From: Dictyostelium discoideum
Lineage: Eukaryota
Direction: 5' to 3'
DNA length: 64,000 nt
NCBI GenBank assembly: GCA_000004695.1
Contig: CM000152.2
Location: forward strand, 960,001-1,024,000
Shown here in pieces: positions 40,912-56,800 of the stretch. Within the stretch, counting starts at the first letter, position 1; the number at the start of each line of letters is the position of its first letter. The translations under genes were made by a program, and so were the position numbers. The notes beneath the pieces are model-generated. The model was not told the origin of the DNA and searched no databases. It saw nothing but the letters and a program-made list of their open reading frames with translations.

Positions 40912-41707
40912 TTAATCATATAAATCGGAATCATTTTGATCACTTGAATAATCAATGATATCACCATCATTATCATAACCAATATCATAACCAGAACAAG
41001 TACCAACAGTGTAATCAGAATCACCACTAAATAAACCACCGCTAGTTGATAATGATAATTTTGCAGTTACAGCATTATTTAAATTTGTTATTGAGGATGA
41101 AGATGTTGATAAATCTAATTTACCATTATTTTGATTTTGATTTTGATTTTGATTTTGAATTTGGTTTTGATTTTGTTGTAATGGTACTAAGAATTTTGGT
41201 ATATTTGCAATTGGTAAATTTTGAATTATTGTTAAGATTTGATCAAACGAGGGTCTATTATTTGGATTTTGATCCCAACAAATTTGAATTAAATTTGACC
41301 ATCTATGATCAATAGTTTGAGGTAATGGAGGTCTTTCAGCATTTGCAATTTTAAAAGAGGCAGCTATTTGTTCATAATCATGAAATGGTACTCTTCTAGT
41401 GAACATTTCATATAGAATCATACCAAAACCAAATACATCAACTTTTTCACTATACTTTTGACCTTTGGTCACCTCTGGTGATCTAAATCTTGGATTACCA
41501 ATTGATGTCATAGTTTTATCACCAATATCATTCTTAAATCTTGATATACCAAAATCTGCAATCTTTGCAATACCATTTCTATCAATTAATATATTTTGTG
41601 ATGTTAAATCTCTATGAATAATTTGTGGTTTCAAACTATGTAAATAGTTCATACCATTTGCAATATTTAATGATAATGTATTAATTGATGGTAATGATTG
41701 AATTATA

Positions 41708-41740
<33 letters not shown>

Positions 41741-42312
41741 GCACCAGCACCACCAATTGGTATAGTATTTAAAATTGTATACAAACTACCATTATCACAA
41801 AATTCTAATACTAATAATAATTCTTTTTCTTCTATACAAGTTGCATATAATTTTACAAAACTTGAGAAATTTGATAATTTAACCATCAAGACTGCTTCCA
41901 ATATAAATTTATCTCTAATCCATTGATAGGATTTACCAGATTCCAAGATTTTTTCAATTTTTACTCTTTTAACAGCAACATTTTTATTTCTCCATTCCAC
42001 TAAATATACATCACCAAATGCTCCAGCACCAATCTTTCTAGCGGTTTTAAAATTAAATTCCTCTTTACCAACTATATAACCTTCATATTTTAATAACTCA
42101 ATTGCGATTGTAAAATGATTATTTAAAACTAATAAATCAATTGGTGTATTATTCTCTTTATCTGGTATTTGAATTGATTGTTGTTGTGTATTACCACCAT
42201 TTGAAATTCTTAATCCACCAACACTACTACTATTTGAATTTGTAAGATTATTAGAATTATTTTGTATTGTTGTTGCTGTCGTTGTTGTTATTGCTGTGGT
42301 TGTTGTTGTTGT

Positions 42313-42349
<37 letters not shown>

Positions 42350-43057
42350 GAAGGTAATAATGTGGTAGAATTCATTTTTGAATATAGTTCTAAAAAATAT
42401 CTAATTAAATCAATATTACCATTAACACAAGCATTATGAATTGGGTATCTACCATTCAAATTATCAATTGATAATCTTGCACCAGAATTTAATAAAATTT
42501 TAGCCAATGATAAATTACCACTTAATGAAGCTAAATTCAGTGGTGTATTATTACTTTGATCCAATGCATTAATTGTTGAATCATCTATTAAACATTTTAC
42601 AACATCTACATGACCATTTAAAGAATGATAATGAATTGGTAACATTCCTTTATAATCCATATCATGAATATTACAACCCAATTGTAATAATAGTAATGTC
42701 ATCTCTCTAGTAGTTGAATAAAATAATGCTGATCTATTGGTAATTGGTAATTTACAATTTACATTGGTAATATTATACACGTTTGGTAAAATTGATAATA
42801 AAAATCTAACTAAACTACCACCACCAATAACTTTTACAATTGCAAAATAAATTGGATAAACTTTTAATATATTCTCATTAAATGGTGGCACCATTGTTGT
42901 TGTTGTTGTTGTTGTTGTTGACGTTGAAAATTGTAAACATTTATTCAAATTTATTAATTCATTTTGTGTTGGAATTTGTTGATTGAATTGTATATTATAA
43001 CTATTATTTGCTAATAATCTATTACTATTACTAATATTACTAATATTATTATTATTG

Positions 43058-43100
<43 letters not shown>

Positions 43101-43325
43101 AATTTATATTTGATAGAATAAAATTTAATAAAAATAATAAAATTTGATCTTGTGAATAAATGATTGAAAAACAAATGATTCTATCTAAGGTTGATAATTT
43201 TTCACCTCTTAAAATTGTTATAAATAAATCATTATTATCTAAATATCTATGTAAATTAAATTTACATTGAATTAAAAAATTTAATCTTTCTGATATTACA
43301 CTAAAATTATTTTTAATTAATTTAA

Positions 43326-43392
<67 letters not shown>

Positions 43393-43638
43393 ATTATTAT
43401 TATTATTAATTATATTAATCCAATTTGGATTTAATTTCACTTTAATTGATAATAATTTAAATATTTTAATATAAAGAAAAAGATAATTTTTATTTATTGT
43501 TGAATAAAAGTAATCATCCTTTATAATGTTTATATGAAATTCTCTATTTATTAATGATAATGAATAAATGTCATTATCATTTATATAATTATTTAAATAA
43601 AGTATTGCTAAACTTTCTATAATTTTATTATTTGACAT
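40912..43638 (-). CDS. Ankyrin-repeat TKL-group protein kinase (908 aa), single exon, with poly-N/T tracts.
   Basis: Ankyrin repeats (GMLPIHYHSLNGHVDVVKCLI..., NTPLNLASLSGNLSLAKILLNSGA..., GRYPIHNACVNGNIDLIRYFL). Kinase motifs IGAGAFGDVY, VAVKRV, HRDLTSQNILI, DFGISR, SPE. Confidence 0.75.
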
Positions 43639-44447
43639 TATTATTATTATTATTATTACATGTAATATAATTCCTTCCGATTGAAATAATGAAAAAATTA
43701 AAAAAATAAAAAAATAAAAAAAAAATAAAAAAAAAATAAAATTTTTTTTTTTTTTTTTTTTTTTTTAATCAAAAATAAATTAAATTGAAAATATTATCAA
43801 CGTTAGATCACAAAACTGTTAAAACTCACATCAACTAATTTTAAAATATAGCTCAACAAATTAAATACTTAAGATAATTTTTTTTTTTTTGGTTTTTTTA
43901 ATCAAAAAATAAATTAAATTAAAAATATTATCAACATTAGATCACAAAACTGCCAAAACTCACATCAACTAATTTTAAACATAGCTCAACAAATAATATT
44001 CTTTGTAATATTTTTTTTTATAATTAAAAAAAAAAAAAAAGAAAAAAAAAAAAAAAAAAAGAAAAAAAGGGAAAGAAAATTAGAAATTTAGAAATTTTAG
44101 GGTTGTACATAAAAATACCAGATTGTACAATTTCTGATTTTTTGTAAATTTAATGTAAAAAAAAACAAATTTATAAATAAGCCACACGATTTTTGATTAC
44201 AACCATTTGATTACAATAAAATTAAAGATTTTTTTTGATATTTTGAAAAGAAAAAAAAATAAAATTTAAAAAAAATAAAATAATTTTTAATGATTTCTTT
44301 TTTTTTTTTATTTTTTTTATTTTTTTTTTTTTTATTTTTAGAACAACCTAGATTTTTTTTTTTTTTTTCACACTACTTTTTTTTTTTTTTTTTAAATATA
44401 GAAATAATAATAAACAAATTTATTTTTTTAAAAAAAAAAAAAAGAAA

Positions 44448-46232
44448 ATGATTATAAAATTAAATAAATTTATTACATTATTAATTTTATTAATAATAAT
44501 TAATTGTAATTTTCAAATTGTAAAAGCTGATGCTGAATCAAAAGCATTAGATATTATTAATAGATATCGTGACATTGGAAGATATACATTTTTTACAACT
44601 GATGGTCATGTAAGTTTTCTTGTCATAATCATAATATTGACACACTCACACAATTATTATAACCATAGTGGTTTTCAATTTATTAACTATAAATATTAAA
44701 ACTACAACAAATAATTATAGTTAGAACATTATCCAGAAGGATTTTGTGGTGGTATACAAGATCTTAACGATTGTAAATGGGATGAATATATTGAAGCAGT
44801 AGTTTTATTATCAGGTATTGCATTGGTAATTGGACTTATAACATTAGTATTTGGTATAATATTTTGGATATTCAGATGTATTTGTTTTGGAGGTTGTAAT
44901 GCTACCCATGGTTTCTTTTGTCCAAAAACAAGATATGATCCAGATATTGGTGAAGGTTACAAAAGTGGTAGTGTTTTCATTTTGAAAATAGTGACATTGG
45001 TTATGGTAGCAGGCTGTGTTGCAGTTTTCATTACAGCTCTTAAAGGTAACTCATCAACCACATCTGGTATTAATAATCTTAGTGATACAATTTTCAATAA
45101 GACCTCTTACATATTAGATGAATTGGTTGGAATTAGTATTGAATTAAATCAAACTAAATATGAACAATTTGGAGAAAGAGTTGAAATCCAAAATCAATTA
45201 AATCAAATCATAGATTATGGTAATGACATTGAAAGTAAAGGTGAAACCGTTAGTGATAATGCAAAGGATGTAAATACAATTAGAAATAAGATCATTGTTA
45301 TTGGTTTAGTTTTTTGTGTTATCAATGCTGGTACAATTGGTGTTGCTGCTCTATTCGGTCTTCCAGCTATGGCACGTTCCGCAGCAATGAGTTTGGTTTT
45401 CTTAATTCCATTTATGTGGATTGTTTTCTCTGTTCATTATCCAATCAATAGTGTAGTTGCCGATATTTGCATGAGCTACAATAATAACACTGGAAGTATC
45501 GAGCAACAGTTGGCCAATTATACAAATCCTATCGTTTCAGAAATTTTTGGAACCTGTCAAGATTCCAATAACTTTAATTCATCTGCATTGAAAAATTTAG
45601 ATACAACAGTGGTTAATCTCATTCAAAATGCTACCTCCTCAACCTGTGATAAAATTAATGACGCTTGTCAAGTAACATTCCCACGTTATCCAAACGATGA
45701 TCCAGCTGCAATTCCATATAATCAAAATGTTTTAGATTGTCCACCAAGTGTCACCTGTGGTAATAGTACAATTGGTATTTACATTTACAATTCAACCGTT
45801 CATAATTTCCAATATAAATGTAAGAATAGTGCCAACTGTGGTGATACTTCAACTTGTGATACATCGAATCCACTCAATCTCATGACATGTGGTTGGGTTA
45901 ATGTTACCTCTGTAAATGAATGTTCTCAAGGTAATTGTATATATAATAGCAATACTCAAGTCACTGATGCTGCCAAAGATATAGTTAATTTCTATGATAT
46001 TTTAACCTCGCTCATCAATATTTGGACTCAACAATTCTCTCCATTATTCAAATGTTCATCCATCTTGTCTTTTATTGATGATGTTCAAAATATTGTTTGT
46101 GTTGATGAAGTAAATGCTTTAGATCTTATCGTTGCTCCAACAGCTGTATTTGCTATTTTATTAACTGGACTTGGAATAACTGGTGTCCTTGGGTCTAAAA
46201 GATTTGACTCAAAAATGAGAGCTAAAAAATAA
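44448..46232 (+). CDS. Multi-pass membrane glycoprotein with about 5 TM helices and a large Cys-rich N-glycosylated extracellular loop. Exons 44448..44609 and 44721..46232.
   Basis: Signal/TM MIIKLNKFITLLILLIIINC, donor GTAAGT at 44610, acceptor aattatag at 44719-20 (phase 0). Hydrophobic segments GIALVIGLITLVFGIIFWIF, ILKIVTLVMVAGCVAVFITAL, IIVIGLVFCVINAGTIGVAALFGL, SLVFLIPFMWIVFSV, LIVAPTAVFAILLTGLGITGVLG. No family assigned. Confidence 0.55.
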
Positions 46233-46467
46233 TTTATTTAATAACATATTTATAAATGTAACTTCCGACAAAAAAATAAAAAAATAAAAAAATAAAAATA
46301 AAAATAAAAGTTACTTTTGATCAATCAAAATTATCGCTCACCACTTTGACTTTTATTTTTTGATTTAACAAGATTGGAAGACCAAAAAGAAAAAAAAAAA
46401 AAAAAAAAAAAAAAAAGAAAACATTTTATATATAACATTTATTTTTATTTTTTTTTTTTTTAATTTA

Positions 46468-47144
46468 TTAAAAGGTTTCACTTGGTTTATACATTTTTGA
46501 AACTTGAATTATACCAGTCTTATACTCAGGATTTTTGAGGGTATCTTTTAATAATTTTTGACAACTTGGAAGGAAAGAGATGATACGATAAAAGGTAGTA
46601 ATATTTATTAATAAACGTTGATCAATTTGAATGCCTTCAGTATTTTCTGTGAGTTTCTTATAGATCATGTGGAATTTAATGAAACATGAACGTTCTACAA
46701 AGAAATTTAATAAGGACTTGACATCTTTTTCACTGTATTTAGTATCGATTGACAAAGTGCCAGGTGCACGAAGTGCATTTTTTCTAGTTTCATAACTAAC
46801 CAAACTAAATAATTTACTTAGGTAATGTAGTGCATTTGTTAAAACTACATTACCAGCATTCAAACTGATTATATCCATTAATGCATTTAAATATTTACTC
46901 TTCTCCAAGTATTCAATATGACCATGATGGAATCTTATCATTTGAAAGAATAATCTCCAAACATTACGATTGAATTCAACATTCTTACCATCTCTACATG
47001 CTGGAATTAAAAATTTATTATAAAGATTACCTTCTTTTTTAATTGAATCGAAAATTTCTGATTGTTTTAATAATTGTCTTAATGCAATTAACATATCTAA
47101 AAATAATAAATGATAATAATAAAAATTTTAATTAATAATTTGTA

Positions 47145-47223
<79 letters not shown>

Positions 47224-50200
47224 GGTTTTTTTTTTTTTTTTTTTTTTTACTTACTTGTTTTAATTATTGAACAATATCTATTATTATCAAGTGAAGAATT
47301 TTGTAAAAAACCTATAATTTCAAATAATAAAGTTGGAGAAATAGCAACACCAGTTTCAACATCGTTTTGTTTCTTTGGATCAACTTTACCACCACTTTTA
47401 ATGCTATCACTATTTTTGAAAAGATTAAATTTAGCTAAAACCTTACAGAGTGAAGCGAATACTTTTGAAACGATTTGTGTACTTTGAGTGAAATTTTTAC
47501 ATTTTACAATTGCATTACAAAGTTGGAAAAAGATTGAATCATTCAATATAAATTTGTAGATTGGTTTTGGAATTGGTGTACTATTGATATTCTCTAAAAC
47601 TCCAACACAGAAATTAAATGTTAACTCAGAGATGAGACTAATGGAAGGTATTGCTAATTTTGGACCTTCTTTCATTGTGGTTAGATCTGTTAAATGTTGA
47701 GATTCATTCTTTTTAATACTTTCAGCATATGAAGCCATTAAAAACTCCTTCCAAGGATCTTCTTGAAGAATTTGATATAATCTTTTAGCTGCGAATCTTG
47801 AATGTGAGAATTTACTTGCTGATAAATCACGGATATGTGTCAAGAGTTCACCTTTTAACAATGATTGAACCGTTGGTGATTCAGACATTTTAATTAATTG
47901 AATCAATACAAAGAGGAAACAATTGCTAACCAAAATTGATTTTCTACCCAATGCTTTAAATATTTTATATAAAAACTCTCTATCATTTTGAAATTGAATA
48001 CCAATTCTTTCGGCTGCATCTTTTCTTGAGGAATTTACAAAACCAAGAATACCAACATTGTTTGAAAAGAAATTTAAACGCTCTTGAATTATACCTAAAT
48101 AATAATATACAAATACCAATCTGACCACTTCTTGTGTTGAACCTTTAAAGATGGATGGTGTTAACATTTCATTCAAATGGGTTGGATAAGTGAATAGATC
48201 CAATGGTACAGCATCAAAGAAGGAAATGGCACGTGCCAATCTATAGAGGGATTGTAAATCTTTTGAAAAGAGAATATTTTCAATGACCATTGTACCCTTT
48301 AATTCAGAGGTTAACACCAATAATACCAATGATGATATTTTTCCAAGTGCTAATTTCTCATTGGTTAGATCCAAAAATTTAAGTAACTCTGGGAAACTAT
48401 CGGTATTGATCAATGAAAGGAATGTATTACTACTAACACTTGGTGTATTTGGATGTGTACTAATACTACCACCTGAATGACTTCTTGGTGATGAACCACG
48501 CTCCACTACTGCTGCCAATTGTGATTGTGTTCTTGGTGATTCCAATGAACTTGAATTGGTTGGTGAAATTTTACCACCACCACCTGGTGAACCAATGAAA
48601 CTAAATGAACCTGTTGAACCTTGACGATTTGGTGGTGAACTTAACAATGATGAGCCACTTGGAATATGTGGTGACGATGGTGGTTGACCACCTCCAATAC
48701 TACTACTACCAGGACGAACTATATTTGGTGAAGTACCTGATGAAGTGGAAATACCACCACCGCTGGCACCCCCACTACCACCCCCACTACCACCACCAGC
48801 ATTGATGAAAACTGATGGTACAATTGCTGGTAACATTGGTATGGCTGGTGCATATAATCTTAGATCCACTTGATCGAATGTCTCTTGAAATTTATCTAAA
48901 AAGTGGGCAGAGTTATTAACCAATGACCAAACACCATTTTGTAAGTCAAATCCTGGTGCTGCAACCAACTGTTCAATATCTAATTTCTTCTCTTGTAGCT
49001 CCATTGGTGTGTAACCGCCTTCACTCCAACTATTTAATGCATCCAAACGAAAACTAAATTGTAATCTCTGTTCATAGGTTTGAAGTATCTTTGTATATTG
49101 ACGTCTATCTTCTTTGGTACCAACATTGGTGGTATTGTTAATGGAATGCATTGCAATATAGTTTGCTGTCTCTTTATCTTTATCTTTTTCACTTTTTCCA
49201 CTTGATCCACTTGTACCACTCATATTTAAACCACTTCCACTGCCACTACCAGAACCACTACCACCACTGCCACCACCAGAACCACCTTGTTGTTGGCCAC
49301 CAGTTGCTGATGATAAACTATGAGCGGTTGGCATTTCAAGCATACCTAAAAAGTATTGAAGATTCATATCTGGTGCTAATAGTTTATTGAAATTAATTGG
49401 TAATTCTGGTATTGGGAAAGAATGTTCAACACGTTTACCATCTGCCTCACTATTAATATCGAGACGACGTAATGCTTTCAAAGATAATGGTGGTAAGATC
49501 GAGGATTTCTTTGATACTGATTCTCTCCAACCACTTTGAATGTTTGGCATTAAAAAGTGATTTGCCCAAAGACCACCTCTAAACCAAGTGGAGGTTTGAC
49601 GTTGAATCGTTAACTTCTTTCTATACCAACGATCAATGGTTTCTGTAATCTTTAATTTTTCATCGGAATCTAAAGTTTTCCAAACTTGTGATGGTGGTAA
49701 CTCTTGATCGATTGAGAACAAATGATCGTACTCTGTATGCTTCAAATTGGATTGTGATAAAATTCTATTGAATATCATTGTTTCCTCTGTTATAATTGGA
49801 CGAATGATTGGACGAAGTGTCCAATTGGATTGATTCTTTGCCATTTCAAAATCCATTTCCAACATATGTCTTGCTGATCCACCCAACTGATGATTACCAC
49901 CAACACCATCTACCCCGCTTCCACCACTACCACCACCACTACCATCATCTGTTGATAATTCTGAATTCTTTGGTAATTGAATGAATTGACCTGGATGAGG
50001 TGGAAGGATTGAAGTTTTAGTGATAACTTCATGTGCCCAATTCTTCATGGCATATTCATACTCTTCATAGGTTGAGAATAAATCTGGATGTGGTTCAGTT
50101 AGAATCAATTGAGAATCCCATGGGTCCTTTTGAAGGAACCAACTCTCATGATCCATACCAAAACCTGAACCTGATCTACCCATTTTACCATACATTGAAC

Positions 50201-50855
50201 TATCCAATGATTGTGAATCTGCTAGACGACTTTGTAACATGGAATGTTTGGGTGAAAGTGAATTGGAACGTTGATTTCTCTGATCGAAATATGTAATACT
50301 ATTGGTTCTACTTCTTGTACCATTTGCTACAAATCCTGCCAATGATCCTGTACTTGGACTACCATCCATTGGACTTGATCCATCCAATTGTGTACCTTCA
50401 AATGATCCTGTACTTGTATCACTATTTGAACGTTCACGTAAATTTATACCAGAGTTTGGATGATTTAATGTTACACCATGGTTGGTGCCTTGTGAGGAGG
50501 CATTATCTTTATTTGAGGTATTATCATGATTATCACCGCCGCCACCAACTGATAATGAACTTCCATTGTTACCTCTTAATGTTGGAGAATGTGAAAAGGA
50601 CTCACCATCATCATTAACTGAGGAATTAGTTTCCTTAATATCAGAATCTGTTAATTTTCTTTCAATGTCATAAGAGATGGAATCATCATTTGATGCTTCT
50701 GAATTCTTTCTAAATAATTGTTCGTGAATTACCTTTGGTCTTGGGTAAGTTCTACCAATTGAATGTGGTAATTGAATTATACCAAGATTTTGTTCGACTT
50801 GTCTCTTCCATTCAACCAATGATTCTTCATAATCCATATAATCATCAAATGCCAT
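46468..50855 (-). CDS. Large (about 1410 aa) protein of unknown function with Ser/Gly-rich low-complexity regions and a C-terminal alpha-helical (ARM/HEAT-like) region. Exons 47255..50855 and 46468..47096 (minus strand).
   Basis: A 1202-aa ORF ends ...IIKT with donor a|GTAAGT (phase 1). Intron contains (ATT)n plus poly-T. Acceptor ttttag at 47098-97 joins to ...N-MLIALRQLLKQSEIF... in frame. Confidence 0.5.
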
Positions 50856-51536
50856 TGACTCTGGAAATGATGTATATATTTGATCGGTTGAATTAAAATT
50901 TAAATATGGTGTTAAATCGCTTATAGAATTATTCTTTTTAATTTGTTTACTATTATTATTATTATTTGGTGGTGGTGGTGTTGTAGATGTTGTAGTTGGT
51001 GGTGATGGTGATGATGAAGATGATGAAGAGGATGATAATGATGGTGATAAACCAGTTTGTGGTAATGGTTCATCAATTCCAATGATTTTAATTGGTATAT
51101 AATATTTATTATATAATGTTCCATTTGCTCCTAAAAATAGTGGTGTTTTATATTCCTCTGATTCTATATTAATATTAATTGGTTTCTTTATATTCTCTAT
51201 AATATCTGGTCCTGAATATTCCTCACCACCTAAAATATCATTAAAATAATTATTATTTTATTTTATTTTATTTTATTAATAATTTATTTATTTTTTTTTT
51301 TTTTTTTTTTTTTTTTTACTATGGTAATAAATAATTTGCTATGGGAAAATTAATTGATGATGATAATTACTTAAGAATCTAAATGCGTGTGGTTGTCCAG
51401 GTGTACCTTGTGGTTCTAAATTTAAAGCAGCTCTTCTAAAACTTTTAGCTTTAGAAAAGGTACCTCTTCTATTTGTACTTGGTGTTGTACTAAGCGAAGG
51501 ATCTAATGATGACATGTTATTTTATTTTTTTTATTC

Positions 51537-51570
<34 letters not shown>

Positions 51571-51731
51571 TTTTGACTACTATTTACTATTACAAATTTT
51601 TGTGATTATATGTTATTGATTATTTATTTTAATGTTATATGGTGCAATGGTATAATCTTTTTTTTTTTTTTTAAAAAAAAAAAAATTTTATTTTATTTTA
51701 CAAATTAATATTATTATTATTATTATTATTA

Positions 51732-51782
<51 letters not shown>

Positions 51783-52297
51783 ATTTTCTATATAAATATA
51801 TATATATATATGTCTTTTATTATTATTATTATTATTATTTTTATTTTTATTTTCTTATTACTATTATTTTTATTGTGCTATAAAACCTAGTGATATTTAT
51901 TTTTAAAAATTTTAGTGGTGAAAAAAAAAAAAAAAAATAATTAATAAAAAAAAAAAAAAAAAAAAAAAAAATATTTTTTTTTTTTTTTTTTTTTTTTATT
52001 TTTTTCATTTTTTAAAAAATTAAAAAAAAAAAATTAAAAAAAAAATTTGGCAAGAGTTTTGTTTTGTTTGTTTTGTTTTTTTTTTTTGGGTAAATCTGTA
52101 TTTATATACAAATATTCAAAATTATATATCTAAATTTGATTTGATTTATTAATTTATTTGTTTTTGATTTTTTGATTATTTTATTATTATTTTTCAAATA
52201 AAAAAAATAATATTTTATAAAAACTAAAAAAAAAAAAAAATAAAAATAAAAAAAAAAAAAATAAATATTAAAAAAAAAAAATTGCGATGATAAATTA

Positions 52298-52441
<144 letters not shown>

Positions 52442-52937
52442 TTAATATTTCTTTTGAACATTGAGAACTAAAAAAATTGTTTAAAAAATTATTTACTTTT
52501 ATTTTATTTTTTTTTTATAGTTAATTTTTTTTTTTTTTTTTTTTTTTTTTATTATTTCTTTTAATTTAAACAAATTATAATAAATACTATTTGTTTAAAT
52601 AAGGAAAAGTTTTTTTAAAATAAATTTTTTTTTTTCTTTTTTAAATAATCCTATTTTTAGAAATATAAAAAAAAAATAATTATTTTTAATAGCCCAATTT
52701 TTACTATTTCCCGCCATTTTTTTTTTTTTTTCCAACTTTTTTTTTCAATTTTTTTATTTTTTTTTATTTTATTTTTTACTTTAAAAAATAGTTTTTTATT
52801 TTATTATTTCTTATTTTTAATATCTTTTTTCATGTACACATAAAAATATATATATAATTAAGTTTATCTATATAACACATATAAAATATTTATATTAAAA
52901 AAAAAAAAAAAAAAAAACAAAAAAAACCAACTCAGAA

Positions 52938-53826
52938 ATGGTCAGAAAGGGTCGTAATAATAGTAATGATGATGATGACGATAGTACTATAGGTAGACAG
53001 TCAAAGAATAATGGACTTGATAATATATTAGATTTTGGAATCTCTAAAATACCACAAGAAACATTAAATTCAATTTGGAGAGGTGATGAATTACCAAGAG
53101 ATGGAAGGGAAATTGCTAATCATATTGCCAATAGTATAAAGAATGAACAATTAGAATCAGTTTTAAAATATTTAAGAATGATATCAAACAATATACCAGA
53201 ATTAGATATTTCAACTATAAGTTATTCATCACAACAAAAAAAACATTCACAACAAAAGAAACAATCAAAAAAGAAACAAAATGTAAATAATAATAATAAA
53301 AATAAAAATAAAAAGAAATCTTCAAAAAAGAAAAAAAATGAAAGTGAAGATGAAGAGGATGAAGAAAATGAAGAAGAAAAAGAAAAAGAAAAAGAAGAAG
53401 AGGAAGAAAAAGAAGAGGAAGAGGAAATTTTTGAAAAAATGGAAGAAGATACGGAAGTACAAACATCTAATCAATTTATTGAATTTTTAGAATTAAATGA
53501 AATATCAGTTCAAAATTTATCAGCAATATTATATTGGTTAATAACAAGTACTGGTGTAAAGAATCAAGAGGTTAAATTTAATGCTGCTTCCATTTATTCT
53601 CGTATGATTGTTTTAGCAAGAAAATCATTTCATCCATTCATTTTCAGATCAGTAATGAAATTATTTTCAATAAAAAAACCAGAAGTAAAGACACCATTTT
53701 CAAATAAAGAGAAAAAAGATTCTTCTAAATCGCAATCATCACAATCACAAGAAGATAATGAAGAGGACGAGGAACAACAAGAAGAAGAAGAAGATAATGA
53801 TGAAAATGATGATGGTGAAAAGGAAA

Positions 53827-53885
<59 letters not shown>

Positions 53886-56800
53886 GAATTAAATCAAAAA
53901 ATTTGGTTAAAAAAAGTTTGTATATTATTAGAAGATATAGATTGGTTATTTTATAGATTTTCATTGGCAACATTTAGTGAACCATTAACCAATTCAATTG
54001 AATCGATTGCAAATCTTGCACGTAGTCAAAACTTTAAAAAGGTTAAATCTAAAGGTCTGAGAGTTAATAACCAATTGGAGCACGATGAAAAGAATGTAAT
54101 TGATTCAGCATTCAAGATATTGGCTAATTTAACCCAAGAGAATAGACATGGACCATTACAAATTGTATTACCAATCGTTTTGAAAGAATTTATCAATACT
54201 CTCACATTAAATCCTGGTAAAATCATACCACCAACCGTCCCAAAACAATTAATTATGGATCGTGATTTCGTTTTAACATTCATTCATAATACTTTATTAC
54301 CAAATTCAAACACTCATGAACATATTCATATTTTAATTCAACATATTTGTATGAGGGTAATGGATCGTTCAGAATATAGAAATCATACAGTTGATTCAAT
54401 CACTAAAATATTTTCAAGTCTTTCTTCTCATCAAAGATTTATAAATAGTTTCTTTTTAGCTTATTCTAAAAATACAAAAGTAAGTATTTTTTTTTTTTAA
54501 AAAAAAAAAAAAAGTGTAAAATTATTATTATTATTATTATTATCATTTTTATTAACAATAAAATATTGTTTTTTACACAATTGTTAGAGTCATTTTAGAT
54601 CATTTTCAGTTGAAGTATCACTTTCATTATTACAAAATTTTAAATCAATTAAAGAAAATTTCCAAGTTGAGGAAGAGTTATTAATTCAACAACTTTTAGG
54701 TATACTTGTAAATAGATCATCTGATAAAGTTTCGGTTGTTCGTTCAAAAGCACTTTCTTGTCTTTCAATATTATTTGAAAATATAGAAACTTTGGATTTA
54801 ATCAAAAATCATTTAAAAAATGTATTTGATCTTGATCATTATGAAAATAAAAATGAAAATGATGCTGATAATGTTCAAAAGAAAATGATAGATTCTGATG
54901 ATGAAGATGAAAAATCAAATAATAAAAATAACAATAATAATAATGATAATAATGGAAAGAAGAAACCATCATTATTATCATTCCTTTCAAAGAGATCAGA
55001 AGATGAAAAGAGTGCAGTTAGAAAATCAGCATTACAAGTATTAGAAGTTATATCTTTACAAAATGGTGCAACAAAACCAATTTTAAATATTTTATTAAAG
55101 AAAACAAATGATTCATCACCATTAGTACGTAAACAAGTTATTTCAACACTCACTCTATTATTAAAATCATATCCAAATGATATGGCAATCATTGATACTT
55201 GGAGAAAAGCTGTAATACCATTAATCACTGATAGAGAACAAACTATTATGGATAAATCTTTAGATTCTATTAATGAAATTTTATTTGGTTCAATTTTAAA
55301 TCCTCAAAAGTAAGTTTTCTTTTTTTTTTTTTTAATTTTATTTCCAAACTAATTTAATAGTTTTATTAACTTTTTTAATTAAATTTATTTATTTTAAAAG
55401 TAATAATTTTATTTGGAAATTATTAAATGATATTTCAATTGAGATGAAACCATATTTACACAAGATTTGTGGATTAATGTCATCAAGAAAAATGATAACA
55501 CCACAATTGATAAAGAGTGTTCAATCAATTATTAAAGCATCAAAGGATGAAAATATTTCAGGTGGTTGGACATTATTTTCAGAGATTTCATATTGTTGTC
55601 CTGATAAATTGGATCAAGCATTAGTAATTGGTGCTTGGAATAGATTAAAAGTACAAGTTGAAGATCATTCATTATCCAATGAAGAACATGCGGAAAAAGT
55701 ATCATTATTATGCTCAGTTTTAACGGTTATTGAAACTTTATGTACTAGTATCTTACCATTGGATAAATCCAATGCATTATTCAATGAAATCTATTCAATG
55801 GTTATTAAATTTTCATATGATCCAACCATTACTCAATTATTCATAATCATTTTAGTAAAATTAACAACCAGAATTTGTAAGTCTGATGGTTTATCAAAAG
55901 TTAATAGTGTAATTGCTGATTGGACCAATAATATTTTAAAGATTTGTGATGAAAGGTTATCAAAATATGCACTTCCAAATTTATTATCAACTACAACAAT
56001 CAAAGCAACCTCAAGCGATGAAGAGAATCTTAATAAAAATGATGATATTGGTGGCGTAGCACAATCAAAAAAGAATGAAAAACAACAACAAGAAGATAGA
56101 ATTGCATTATATTTATTTACAATTGGTGAAATTATTCAAATACCACAATCAATAATACCAGGTAGATTAAGAATTGTGGTACAAGCATTGATTGCACCAA
56201 GATTAATGGGTGATGAAGGTGAAATTATTCCAGTATCAATTCGTGCTCATGCATTTATTACTTTGGGTAAACTATGTTTAGGTGATGATAAAATGGCAAA
56301 GAAATGTATTGCAACCTTTGCAAAGGAACTCGAGATATCCGAATCTCCAATCATTAGAAACAATGTTATGGTGGTAATGTGTGATCTTTGTATTAGATAC
56401 ACTCAATTAGTCGATAACTATATACCAAATATTGCAATGTGTTTAAGGGATCCAAGCGAATTGGTTAGAAGACAAACATTGGTATTATTGACACGTTTAC
56501 TTCAAGAGGATTATGTAAAATGGAGAGGTTCTTTATTCTTTCGTTTTGTTGAGGCATTGGTTGATCCATCACCAATCGTTAAACAATTTGCAAACTATTG
56601 CTTAATGAATGTATTACAAGTTAAATATGGCACAATTCAAGGTGGATCAAGTGGTGGTGCTGGAGGTGCTGGTGGTGCTGGTGGTGCTGGTGGTGCTGCA
56701 AATTCAAATAAAGATCATCATGGAAATGTATTTTTTACTCATTTCCTCGAGACTATTTTCGTATTGAACAACTGTAAAGCTCATCCAAACTATAATCAAT

